64,000 bases of DNA from the NCBI GenBank assembly GCA_001724265.1, contig MEDY01000042.1, positions 248,001 to 312,000 on the forward strand, in the 5' to 3' direction. The DNA comes from Rhizaria sp. SCN 62-66 (Eukaryota). Numbering within the stretch: the stretch's first letter is position 1; every line of letters starts with the position of its first letter. The translations under genes were made by a program, and so were the position numbers. The notes under the pieces were generated by a model. The model saw nothing but the letters and a program-made list of their open reading frames with translations. It made no database searches and was not told the origin of the DNA. This document shows positions 10,701 to 22,388 of this stretch, piece after piece.

Positions 10701-13558
10701 TTTTATTGCGGAAAAGTGACGATTTACTTAAACTAGCGGCATCTGTCGCTGGCAACGCGTTTGTTTACTCAGGAACACTGCAGCAGATTGCGCAATCTCC
10801 CAGTCGCTCGCGTCGTGCGTGCCGCCGTCTGCGTGCTAGCGTGGTCGGGCAGATGTTGTCGCAACGTTTTGCGGATGCGTCCGCTCTCTCAGCGCTTGCA
10901 AATGACAACAGCAATGGAACACCCGCAAAGCTTTTTAGTGCTACCACCGCTGCCGGGGATGATTACGCACACTCAACTACAAGCTCGAGCTCAGCCTTTG
11001 TTGCTGATCCTAGCCTTGCCGATCGTGGCCGCAGCCTCACTTTTCCTCTAGCCCAAGTTGTTAACATTGACATCAATGGGTTTGGTGCCGTTCATCCTGC
11101 TGATGTCAACGCCCGGGTGCTGATTCCTTTCGCTCCACCTGAAGCACTCGCATCAGTGCGCCCTCTCGCACTGCAAGAGTCTCGCCTCGGTTTCCAAGTA
11201 CCTGTGCCAGGTCACGCCCACAGTCGCTCGTGTTTTCCTGGTTCCATCACGAACATCAACAGCAGTCGCGAATGCACGCATAATCGCTCGAACAACAGCA
11301 GCTTCAGTGCAAGTGCCAGCGCGAGTGTACTTGATCATTCAAGTGAGTGTTCTGAGTGCCTCGCCGCGAACCACCTAGACTCCGAGGGTCCTGATTCTGA
11401 GACTGGTGAAGCGAAGTGGTATGATAACGCTCAAGCGTATGGCTGTGAAGGTGTCCCGGTGCCGTGGCGTTGGCTCCAGAATAACGCAAAACGCTTCACA
11501 ACGCAGGTTCAGTCGCGATCACAGGCACTCGCGCACTCCCAGTTGCCGCTGCGGTCACAGCAACTGAACTCACAGTCACTCGCTCTGTGTGCTGACTGGG
11601 GTGAGTCGGCTCTGAGGGCCGCCGCTGCAACAGCTGTTTTGCTGCTGCAGCATCATCAGCGGCAAGAGCAACAAAAACAGCACCAGCAGCACCAGAGTCA
11701 CAAAGCTGCTGGGAAACCTGGTCTGAATATCACGAACAACGTCGTGCCCCGCTCTGCAGCCACTCAATTGGAATCCTCTCTCTACTGTAATGCGGCATCT
11801 CTGCTCGCAGTCGGTGCCGCTACTGCCGCTGCCTCCGCGCCGATCCTTGCGAAACGCCCTAGTATCACTGCCGCCAGGGTGGGGCCTGTCGCTATGGGCA
11901 GGCGACGTGTTGCGATGCTCTCTGTCGCCAGCGCCGTCGCGGCGGCTTTAAGGGCCGCAAGCGCCTGTGGGGGCGCGCCGTGGGGACTCGGAGCGAGTAT
12001 GACTGAACTGTGCTCCCAGTCTTTAACAAACATTCTTGAAACACAATCACTTGCGAGTCTCCTGCGCTCGCAGTCGCTTGCTAACCGCGCGTTGATGCAG
12101 TCGCCGTCACAGAGTGCGTTTTTTCTGCGGAGCCCTGCGATGGTACAGAACGATAATGATGACGACGAAGACAATGATGACGGTGACAACAATGCAAGCT
12201 TAACTACGTCCTGCACTGTCAGTGTGAAGAAGAACATGACACTTGAAGTGACTCTGGGGGGGTCGTTCGTGGTCTCTCTAAGGACCGCCCAAGCCTACCC
12301 AAGTCACTCGCCCGTATTGTCTAAGTACCAGGCTCTAAGTAGCGCGCTGGCACATGTCATCACCCCGTTGCTTGGTCTTTCGCACGACGATCTCGACACA
12401 ACCACTGACACCCTCAGTCTCAGCACCAACGGCAGCAGCATCAACAAGTCGAATGACGATATTGACTCAAGTGGTTTATCGCGTGCAAGTGAGAGTCAAA
12501 GTAACAGCTCTGGTGCTGTTCTGCGCTCGCAGTTGCTATCGAGTTGTTGTAACAACGCTGTCAACGCTCTCAGGTTCCAATTCCCGGCTCTGCACGAGTC
12601 CGTCACTCAGCAGCAGGAGCGGCGTTTCACTCCCCACGGCTCGGGTGGCTGCGTTCGCAAGAGTCACTGTGCTGTGTCGATGAATAACTCGCTCCGTGCA
12701 CGTTCAGTGGCTCCTGCAGCGGTCGCCAACGTCCTGCGCGCTGCTCATGCGCTTGTCACGCCTCAATACGCACTCAAGCAGCAACTTGATGGTGATCAAC
12801 AGCAAGAGTACCCGGATCATGATCACAGCGAAGGTTCATCCAGCTCTCGCGCGACTGCAAGCTCAATCTCATCTGCAAGTGCGGACAATGCAGCGACTTT
12901 GACTGGCATCAGTATGTCGAGCGAGGATATCGCTATGGTCGACTGGACCGGTGTTGCTCGCACGTGGGCTCTCGTCAGCTCTGCGTCTGCGACCAAGATG
13001 GCGCTCACCCAGCAGACGTCTACTTCTAACGGAGTGTTCGCTGAGTCACCGATGATCACCCTTGCACCGACTGTGCTGGTTAAGTCGCAGATCATCGAGT
13101 TGTCTCCGCACTTGAGGTCCCAGGCACAGCGGAGTGTGGACTTGCCGCTCGATTCACCGGTGTACCTGTTCAGCTCGCAATCAAGTCGCAAAATCCCCCC
13201 TGGTGCTGTCGCCGACCACAGTCAGCTGGAACAGTGGGACTCGCTTCGTCTACACTCGCAGCCACTCATGCAGTCGCAATCTTTGCAATCTGCTTTGTCG
13301 TCTGCTGTCAGCGCCGCGTGTGGCTCCAGCGACTGGGCGGCATACCTCGCCGCAACTAGCAACGCGGACGATGGCACTGACGACGATGAGGACGGCGATG
13401 ATGGCGGCAATGGTGATCATAGTGGTGTTGACAATGGCGGCATGGACAGCGGCAGTCAGTCGCAGGATCATTCGCAGGAAAACGAGGGTGATAACGATGA
13501 TCCCAACAGTCCAGGCACCCGAACGTGGGACAAAGCAGTTGTCTCGTACTGTACATGA
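4727..13558 (+). CDS. Very large unknown A/S/K/D-rich protein (~2943 codons) with two internal in-frame TAG codons (4763-4765, 8447-8449)
   Basis: The ATG at 4727 (gacgccATGt), ORF 4793..8449 and ORF 8498..13558 are all in one frame, separated only by single TAGs. The linker sequence is stop-free and coding-like. A K/R/A/E-rich helical segment lies at ~7240-7890. No domain recognised. Confidence 0.6.
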
Positions 13559-14044
13559 AGTTTGGCGGTCGCAAAGAAATACCGCTCGTTTAAGCACACC
13601 ATCAGATGCAGCATCTGTGAGGATGACAGGCGCTATGGAGAATAGGAAGAGGAGCTTGAGTGCAGCAGCTTTTGCAGCAGCTTTTAATATTAAGAATTGA
13701 AAAGCAACCGAAAGGCATCATCGTGATGCGTGTGATCCAGTGTCGCAATATATACGCGAACAACAACGCGTACTCAACAGAATTTAACATTAGTAATTGC
13801 TATATTAGTGAGGTATACGTACAATAGATATTCCAATATAATCAAGAGCACCTGAAATGTGGATTGATCAGGCATGTTTTCCTCATGTCCGCGCGCAAGA
13901 CCACGTTCACCTTTATTTAAACTGTAATCAATGCTATATTAGACAATATTTCGAACTTAGATCCCAATAAAATTAACTGAACTTGTTCCTTCATGTCTAT
14001 AGCCCTCATTTAATGACTTGAAAGATCGTTTGTGGTCAAGATAA

Positions 14045-14061
14045 CATTTTTTTCGGAACCG
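14045..14061 (+). promoter_or_regulatory. Candidate promoter element CATTTTTTTCGGAACCG upstream of cathepsin C
   Basis: Exact match to the reverse complement of 4404-4420. It lies ~40 nt before a probable 5'-UTR intron (GTAAGG at 14104 ... TTGTAG at 14280). Confidence 0.55.
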
Positions 14062-14290
14062 ACCGGGCTGGTTGGCTCACGGTCATCAAGGTCGTCAGTC
14101 TGGGTAAGGGCCTGAGGTCCTCCTTCGAGACCCTCAAAGTGATTAAAGTTGTGCATGTTGTTGTCATCGCTGATAAATGTAGATGTGTTAAATGGATTGC
14201 TATGTGAGTTGGCTATTTAGTTCGCGTGCTTAAAATCTCACATGCACGTCTCTTCCACCCGGTTTCCATTCCTTTTGTAGGTGTGCACCG

Positions 14291-16662
14291 ATGAGCATTC
14301 ACTCTGTGATGATCATCGCTGCTATGATGGTTGCCGGCCTCTCCTTCGTGGCGGCGGACCTCCCCATTCACTGCCTGACCTCCCAGGTGCGTATTTTCTT
14401 CCTCTTGGCACCACTTATGTCCTCATATGGCGCTGTCTTGTGCTCTATATGGCTTGCTTTGTCACCATGTCTTCGTGACCACTCCAAGGAGCTCTGGGGT
14501 GACTTTCGTCAAGATATTTCATGGCCCATGGTCGACATTCGTTGTTGCTTTTGCTCAAACAACAAATTCCGCCTCTTGAACATCCAATCACTTCTTTCCT
14601 GCTCCAACACATCGCCGTTTCCCCCCTGAATTCGCCCACCTTCTTTCCTCCTTTGTCTCTCACACCGATGACGCCATCCCTTTTCCTTTCTTTCGCTTCC
14701 TCTGCCGTTTCCGCTTCCGCCTGGATCTCTCGCTGCCTCCAGGTCGCGGGCACGTGGGACTTTGAGATGACGGCGGCGACGTCGGACACTCCCGACATGT
14801 GTGGCTACCAGCAGCCCGACAAGAACGAGCACCACTTCGGTGGTCGCTACACCTACAAGCTTGATTCCAAGTCCAAGGTGAGTGTCGAGCTTGCCACGCC
14901 GGCCACGGCGTCGTCGTCCCTCGGCAACGGCACGTGGACCATGGTCTACGACGAGGGTTTCTGGGTCAAGATGGGCGGCTCCGAGTTCTTCGCCTTCAAC
15001 GCCTACACCCCCAAGAAGGGCACCATCCTGTCCAACCTCAAGCCCGAGAACTACAACTCGTTCTGCGACAAGACGCTCGTGGGCTGGTTCCACACCAACC
15101 GCAAGTACGGCTGCTGGCGCGGCGTACAGACCAAGCGCCAGTTCCCCGACGCCAAGATCACCAACGCCACCAACAACGCCGCCGAGGTGACGACCGCTGT
15201 CGTGGCCCCCGTGAGCTTCATCGAGAAGTCGCTCGACACGCTCTTTGACCCCGAGTACTCGTTCATCGAGATGGTCAACTCTGACCCCGAGTCGCTCTGG
15301 CGCGCCAAGGTTCACGAGCCCTTCCTGTCCATGACCGAGGGCGACATGCTCAACCTCGTCGGCGGCCGCTCTTACCCCAAGTCGCAGCTGCCCCGTGCTG
15401 CCGCGCCCGCGGCCGAGTCCGCGCCGTCTGCCGAGGAGGAGTCGCTGTACGCGTCGTACCTTGCCGGCGAGGAGAGCCTCTTCCTCGAGGAGATGACCCG
15501 CATCACCAAGTCCGGCGCCGCCAAGACCGCCGCCGCCAAGGCCAAGGCCGCCGCCAAGGCGCGCCGCCCCTCGAGCCCCCACCACTCGTTCGCCGAGACC
15601 GAGTCCGAGGCTGACGCTGACGCCGAGGCTGACGCCGACGCCGACGCCGATGCTGAGCTCGATGAGGAGCTCGACGCCGAGCTTGATGAGGAGTCGGACG
15701 TTGATGTCGACGAAGAGATGTCTGGCTCCGTGCTCAAGTCTCTCAAGTCCAAGGGCCCCGATGCCAGCGCCAACAAGACGTGCGAGTACGGTCTGCCCTG
15801 CTCGCTCGACTGGCGCAACTACAAGGGCCACAACTGGGTCTCCGAGATCCGCAACCAGGTATGTACACACCCACGTAATCAAAATCTCGCTTAAATCAAC
15901 CCGAAAACATGTAGCACTCCGTCCATAACTCGTCACCTAGATCCAACTCTCACCCACACATCATTTTGTTATTTTTCTTTTGCGCGATTATTGCTACCGC
16001 AGGGTTCGTGCGGCTCGTGCTACGCCATGGCCTTCACGTCGGTGCTTGAGTCGCGCGTGCGCATTAAGATGAACCAGCCCAACCGCCACCGTTACTCGAC
16101 CCAGCACATCGTGTCGTGCTCGCAGATGAACCAGGGCTGCCGCGGCGGTTTCCCCGAGCTCGTCGGCCTCCACGTCGAGCAGCTCGGCGCCGTCCCCGAG
16201 TCGTGCTTCCCCTACGAGGCCAAGGATGGCACGTGCTCGCGCGCCTGCAAGGACAAGCCCGAGTTCCCGATCCAGAACACCCGCTACGTCGGTGGCTACT
16301 TCGGCAACACCAACGAGGAGAAGATGATGAAGGAGATCGCCGCTGGCGGCCCCATCGTCGTCGCCTTCGAGTCCCCCCGCGGGCTTTTCTCCTACCACGG
16401 TGGCATCTTCACCGGCCCCAAGCCCCGCGCTGAGAACCAGGGCGTGGCGAGTCTGCCCCTGTGGCAGCACACCAACCACGCCGTCGTCGCCATCGGTTGG
16501 GGCCACACCATCACCAACGGCAAGCGCGTCAAGTACTGGCTCATGCGCAACACGTGGGGCAAGCACTGGGGTGAGGATGGCTACTTCCGCATTCGCCGTG
16601 GCACTGACGAGTGTGGCATTGAGTCGATGTCCGTTTCGTTCGACATCAAGGACAAGTTCTAA
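14291..16662 (+). CDS. CTSC: Cathepsin C / dipeptidyl peptidase I (papain family C1A); exons 14291-14386, 14743-15858, 16003-16662, ~623 aa
   Basis: Signal peptide, then the exclusion-domain start DLPIHC...VAGTWDF...GTWTMVYDEGF...CDKTLVGWF. Catalytic motifs are NQGSCGSCYAMA, NQGCRGGFP, TNHAV and RNTWG. Intron phases are consistent. Strong C-ending codon bias suggests high expression. Confidence 0.95.
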
Positions 16663-16778
16663 GTGAACTGTCGCGCAAGGTAAAGATTCACGCGCAGTTC
16701 AAGTTCGAGTCCCCCACCGCCTCACGGCGGGAGTCGCAATTGAACTGACTGCTGAAGACGCTTTGTGAAGTTGTTTCA

Positions 16779-16808
16779 CGAGAATGAGTAACTCGAGAAT
16801 GAGTAACT
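16779..16808 (+). repeat. Perfect tandem duplication of the 15-mer CGAGAATGAGTAACT in the cathepsin C 3' region
   Basis: Copies at 16779-16793 and 16794-16808. Confidence 0.85.
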
Positions 16809-17513
16809 TACTCTTGAACGCGGAGTCTGAGTGATGATTATATGGTAGGCTCGGCTGGTTGTTCTGATACGTTAGAGAAAATGCACTACTATTTGTGAAG
16901 TGTGTTGTGTGAGCGTGTGTTGTGGGGGTGCTGCTGCTATGCGTAAATGGATATTATCTTTAATACCGTAGAGAAAACATACGCAAATACAAATCAATTA
17001 AGATCAACTCTTTTTTATACTCGTTGAACTCACTGTAACTGAAGTAGTCTGAGCGAGATATCCCATTCAAAAGATTCGCAGAGCACTCGGTTGCTGTCCG
17101 TTGGACCCGCTCTTGCTCTGGACTGCGGGGTGATAAAAGATACAACATCATACATCGTATCATCCGTCAATGCAAATGCCCCTACAAGCGTCATGTGTGT
17201 ATAGTTTCTTTGGTCTGGGATCTCTTTTACAAATTTGATTTCACTTTGACTATACCCAGATATTCGCATTCTCATTCGGACTCTTCGTCTTCTCTCGGCT
17301 TCCTTCCAATACCCACCGTGCCTTCCTCTCTACGCAGTTCCACAAAGCCAAACCAGAAACCAGATTGCTGGCTCGTTGTGTGTCCCTGACTTTTGTATCC
17401 TCTCGCGTCACTCTCTTTTTTCGCTAAGCTCAGCTCAGCTCAGCCTTCGGATAACAAACACAGTCAACTTACCCGACAAGTCTCGTTGGCTCTCTTCTTT
17501 GACTCACGACAAG

Positions 17514-20021
17514 ATGAGTGCCCCTCCCAACCCGACCGCCATCTCGGTCGGCGCCCTCAAGATCGTCAAATACGGCGACTCTAGCACGCACATGGACCTC
17601 TCCGAGACCTCCAAGGCTGCCAAAGCGCGCCATGACGAGGCCGTTTTGCGGATCGAGACCGAAAAACTTGCGCGCAAGATGGCCGTCCCCGTCGACGTCC
17701 GCGAGATCTGTCTCCGTCTGCGTCTTCTCGGCGAGCCCATCACGATCTTCGGCGAGACGGCGCCCGACCGCCGCGAGCGTCTGCGCATGGTGCTTGCGCG
17801 CATGTCGCTGTCGGGCACTCTCGACGCGTTCAACGCCAAACTCAGCCCCGACACCGGCACGAGCAACGGCGCCGCGGCGGCGCTGCACGCGCTGCCGACG
17901 GGCGACCAGCCCGCGTTCCGCGTTCAGGGCCCCGAGAGCCTCGCCAAGCACCGCAACATCATTGCCGCCGACTCCCTCTCGCGCGCGCAACAACGCTTGG
18001 CGCGGGAGCGGGCGCTGAAGCAGGAGCTGTGCATCGACAGCCACCCGCCGCACCCGCTGACTGGCCGCACCATCACGACGGGCACCGGTGCCCACGCGTT
18101 ACCGTTGCACGCCGCCGCCGCGCGCCGCCGGTTTGCGCGCGAGCTGCTGGTGCGGAAAGAGACCGCGAAGGGGCTCGCGCTGGCGGCGTCGCAGGTGGTT
18201 GACACGCGCGCGGTGTCCGGGATCGCGTTTCAGCCCACGGAGAAAGACGGTGCCACGCTCGCGACGGCGACCTGGGGCGGCGCAGTCAAGGTACATTATC
18301 AAACTCTGTTTTGTATTAAAACTACGTGTATCATATTTCTCATGCTTCAAAGCAAGGTGGAACGATGAAGTATTTGCTGTCTCATTCTGCTTCAAATAGA
18401 TGTTTATCTCATCACTGTATCCCCACTTTTGGTACTTTATTGTTTGTTCATATAGCTGTGGAACGTGCCTAGCTCGTCTCTGCTGGCGACTCTCGACGGC
18501 CACAAAGACCGTGTCACGGACATCCGTTTCCACCCCCGCGCTTTTACTCCGACTCCCGGCGCCGCCTACACGTCCTCTGCGTTAGCTTCGCGCAACTCTG
18601 CTCAGATCATAACTGCGGGCGTTGATGCTGTGTATCTCTGGCCCTCGCACTACAGTGGCATGGCGAATCACCACAGCAATCGCAGCAACAACAGCGGTCA
18701 TGGACTGTCGGTCAAGACTGAGGATGCTGGCGAGGGCTACTATGGCTCGAGCCACTCCGCGCATAGTAACCAGGCGGGGACTGCTGCTGCTGATGCAAGC
18801 GACAACGAGCAGGAGTACGACGAGGACGCTTACGACAGCAACGGCGAGCTTAAGAAGCACTCTGCCAAGGCCCTTAGCGGCCAGGGTACTTACATCAACG
18901 GCAGCAACGAAGACACCTACAGTGATGGCGTCGGTGCTGCCCCTGGCGTAGTGATGATGAACGACGGTTTCCAGTCCGCAATGGGCTTCAGCTCTGGCGG
19001 CTTAACCGCGCACCCGTCGCGCAGGCTCGACGCCACACAGGCCACGTCCTGCGCCAACTCGCTGCGGCCGTGCGCAGCGCTGGTAGGCCACACTGCGCGC
19101 GCGTGCCGGGCTGCGTGGCACCCCCACGGCGGGTACGCGGTGACGACGAGCTTCGACAGCACGTGGCGTCTCTGGGACACCACGGTCGGCAAGGAGGTGC
19201 TTGCACAGCCGGGCCACCTCATGGGCACTTATGCGTACGTCATAATCCCCGTATATATCTGCAAAATATGTATCAATCAGCGCCACGTGATTGTATTAAA
19301 TGGCGCGTGCTATTTCATATGTGTATTTCTCGTTATCATGTGTTTTGCTTCGAAATAGTCTCTATAACGCACGTTGAATTCTTTGACTCACTCCCATCCT
19401 CACACTCTCATTTGCTTGTTTTTTTGTGCTCTTCTCCCCAGTGTGTCGATCCACCCCGACGGTTCTCTAGTGTGCGTGGGCGACATGAGCGGCAACGCGC
19501 GCATTTGGGACCTCCGCTCCGGCCTCGCTCTGTCCGCTTTCGAGGCGCACGCGGGCGCAGTCACTGGCTGCGACTTTGCCTGCGACGGCTTCGCTGTCGC
19601 CACAGCTTCCGCCGACCACAGTGTCAAGCTGTGGGACCTTCGCAGCCGCAAAACGACGTACACGCTGCCCGCGCACAACAGCGTTGTCAGCGACGTGCGG
19701 TTCCACCCGACAGACGCGAGTTTTGTATTGACGAGCGGGTATGACGGCACCGCGGCTGTGTGGTCGCGCAGCGACCGTGAGCGCGTCGCGGTTCTCAAGA
19801 GCACCGCGGGCAAGGTTATGCGCGCAGAGTGGTCGCCCGACGGGGCCAAGGTTGCGCTGGCAGGATGGGATTGCACGTGGAAGGTGTATGAGTACGACGG
19901 AGACGATCTTGGTGACATAATGAACGCTGGCAACAGCGACAATGATGATGACGACGCGGATGGCGACGTCAAAGATGAGGGCGCTGTGAGTAATAATCGG
20001 GTTGCAACGATGGAGGATTGA
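17514..20021 (+). CDS. PRPF4: U4/U6 snRNP WD40 protein Prp4; exons 17514-18290, 18456-19234, 19442-20021, ~711 aa
   Basis: PRP4/SFM motif VPVDVREICLRLRLLGEPITIFGETAPDRRERLR, followed by WD40 repeats (GHKDRVTDIRFHP; GHTARACRAAWHPHG...TTSFDSTWRLWD; ATASADHSVKLWDLR). Intron phases are consistent. Confidence 0.93.
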
Positions 20022-20429
20022 TTAACGGTCACCCACGAGCGGCTTCGCTTTTTTCTTATTCAAGTTTAATGTGTTTCAAGTCAGACTACAGGTTCATTTG
20101 GTTATGTATTGATGAGCTGGCCCGTGTGTGCACTCTGCTTGTAACGGGATCCTGACAAATATACAAAACAAAAGTATGTTGACTGATGCAACTCAAGTTG
20201 TATAATTGTGCTGTCTTAATTTAATCTGAGTAGAGTGTCCTCATATCGCTAGAGACTCAAAATCATGTATTTTGGAAGATGTTCACCACCCAGGTCCGGT
20301 TCGCGAAAAAGGCGGATCTGGCTGGCTGAGAGTGATGAAGGAGTCGGTCGATTTTGGTATTTGATTTTGGAAGGTTCCAATCGACATTTCTATTCTCCGC
20401 GAGAGTATTGTTTGTCTTCGGTCTCCAAG

Positions 20430-21314
20430 ATGAGTGTTCACAATAAGGCATCCTGCCTTTTTGTGTTTCTGGCTCTCCTCGTGAGCTGGTACGTCCCTCC
20501 TTTCCCCCTCTATCCAACTCATCGCCTCCCGGTCTCTCGAACGCTCTGTAGCCCTCTAGTCTTTTTACCCGCTCACCAAACCTCTTTCTCTGTTTACTTT
20601 GTCCTTTATTCTAGGTTTGGCGTGGCCTTCGCCGAGTCCGAGAGCATTCTCTCGAAGCTCCAGCGTGGCTCCACCTTCACCAATACCAAGTCAGCCCCCA
20701 ATCTCAGTACCGGCCCTGGTCCTGCCTCTGCTTCCGCCTCCCCGTATATGCCGGCCAACGCCGCCCCCGCGCCGCACATGCCCCTGCTGCCCGACCTGTC
20801 CGAGGATGACATTTTCTCTTTCCTCGAGCAGGCCCGCGTCCTCACGGGCCGCAAGCAGCCCGTCCCCGCTGCTAACGCTGACGCGGACGCAGGCGCCTCG
20901 TTCGCTGAGAGCGGCGCTTCCGCGAAGGCGGGCGTGAAGGACGGTGGCGCGCCCCCCGTCGCGCCGTGGATGTACATGAACACCATGGATCCCCCTCTCT
21001 GGCTGCGGTTCAACCTCTCGTCCGTGTCCGGCATGCCGACGACGCGCCCGCCGCCCGTGCCGGCCATGCTTCCGCCGCCGCCGCCGGTGATGTTCCCCGA
21101 GTTCTCATACACGCGCCCCATGCAGGGCCCCTACGCGCCCGCGCGCACGGCCGTGCCGGCGTACTCGATGTCGTCGCCGCCGCCCGTACCGGCCGCGCAG
21201 TGGATTCCGCTGTCAGCCTACATCCAGCCGCCCGGCGATAGCCCCAACCCGGAGCTCGTCGAGATGACCAGGGACGCCGTCGCCAACGAGAACGCGGCCG
21301 CTGGCAAGTTCTGA
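20430..21314 (+). CDS. Secreted proline-rich protein of unknown function; exons 20430-20488, 20615-21314, ~252 aa
   Basis: The spliced N-terminus MSVHNKASCLFVFLALLVSWFGVAFA is a typical signal peptide. The intron is GTACGT...TCTAG, and the gene ends in tandem TGA TGA. Confidence 0.75.
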   Translation: MSVHNKASCLFVFLALLVSWYVPPFPLYPTHRLPVSRTLCSPLVFLPAHQTSFSVYFVLYSRFGVAFAESESILSKLQRGSTFTNTKSAPNLSTGPGPASASASPYMPANAAPAPHMPLLPDLSEDDIFSFLEQARVLTGRKQPVPAANADADAGASFAESGASAKAGVKDGGAPPVAPWMYMNTMDPPLWLRFNLSSVSGMPTTRPPPVPAMLPPPPPVMFPEFSYTRPMQGPYAPARTAVPAYSMSSPPPVPAAQWIPLSAYIQPPGDSPNPELVEMTRDAVANENAAAGKF

Positions 21315-22388
21315 TGAGCTCTGAGGAGCGCTGCGTTCTGAGTCTGCTTGAGGTTCCGATGTGTTGTCGTGTATGTATGTATGCTTTTGAGTGTGCTTTT
21401 GGTTGTGCTCAAAGCGAGCAAAGCGCTACTCATGCACGCAAAAAGAGTCACACTGCTGTGGCTCGTTAGTTTCATAGTTTTGTTCATTTATTGATTGGTT
21501 TCAAAATAATACAAGTATACTTTCGTAACACTATGCATATCTGTACATGCTGAGTGTCTCTGACTTCGGAGAAACAGCGATTATAGGACACGAAACCGGC
21601 TGATGAAGAATTTGCTGCGTCGTTTTGTTTGTTGTGATGCTAGACGCAAAAATAAAATGTGCATGAAAGTGAGACCGAGAGCAAAAAGAAAGACAATCGT
21701 GCGTTACGCTGCGTGGCGAGGGGCCAAAAAAAAATGCTTGCAACACGACGCATTTCCCGCGTAGTCACCTACCGCAGTACTTAGCGCGCCCAACGGTGTT
21801 TAACTTCAGAGAGCGGACGGGATCTGGTGTTTTTTCATCGTGGTATGATCGCAAGCTGAATGCAGACAACATATTTTGTGTATTTATATCATTTAAAAAT
21901 ACCTCCAATTCATCCCCCCAAGTTGCTTGTGTTCCTTTGTCTCACAAAATCCATATGTGGTATCAACGCAATGGAAGGCGAGCGAACACATTCACAAGAA
22001 GAGAGTAGTCAGATTACTCAACGCATTACGACACAATGCTTATGAGTGACTCTTGCTGTTACCAAGTCAGTCGTCGCTGCCGCACAACGATCGCACCACG
22101 ACGCTCATCAAAGCCCTTCTTCACGTCTCGAGATCAGAAATAAACAAACACATCGAAGACATTCGACTGAATGACGTTGTTGTATTGATGTCTTGAAAAT
22201 AGTCCACACAGACGGGCACACACAGAGCAAAGGCCCGAGCATTGCGCACAAGCTTATAACCAATATCAATGCCCATATTTTTACATTTTCAAAGGACACA
22301 AATGATGATACCCACACTCCAAATCATATTTGCAGTGCTTGCATAATGGTTTTCGTTAAGTGCGAAGAACCCGAGATCATTGACGCAT

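Noticed and set aside
21600-21860. Possible C/D box snoRNA (TGATGA ... CTGA)
   Set aside because: The boxes are too far apart, and there is no terminal stem or recognisable rRNA guide.
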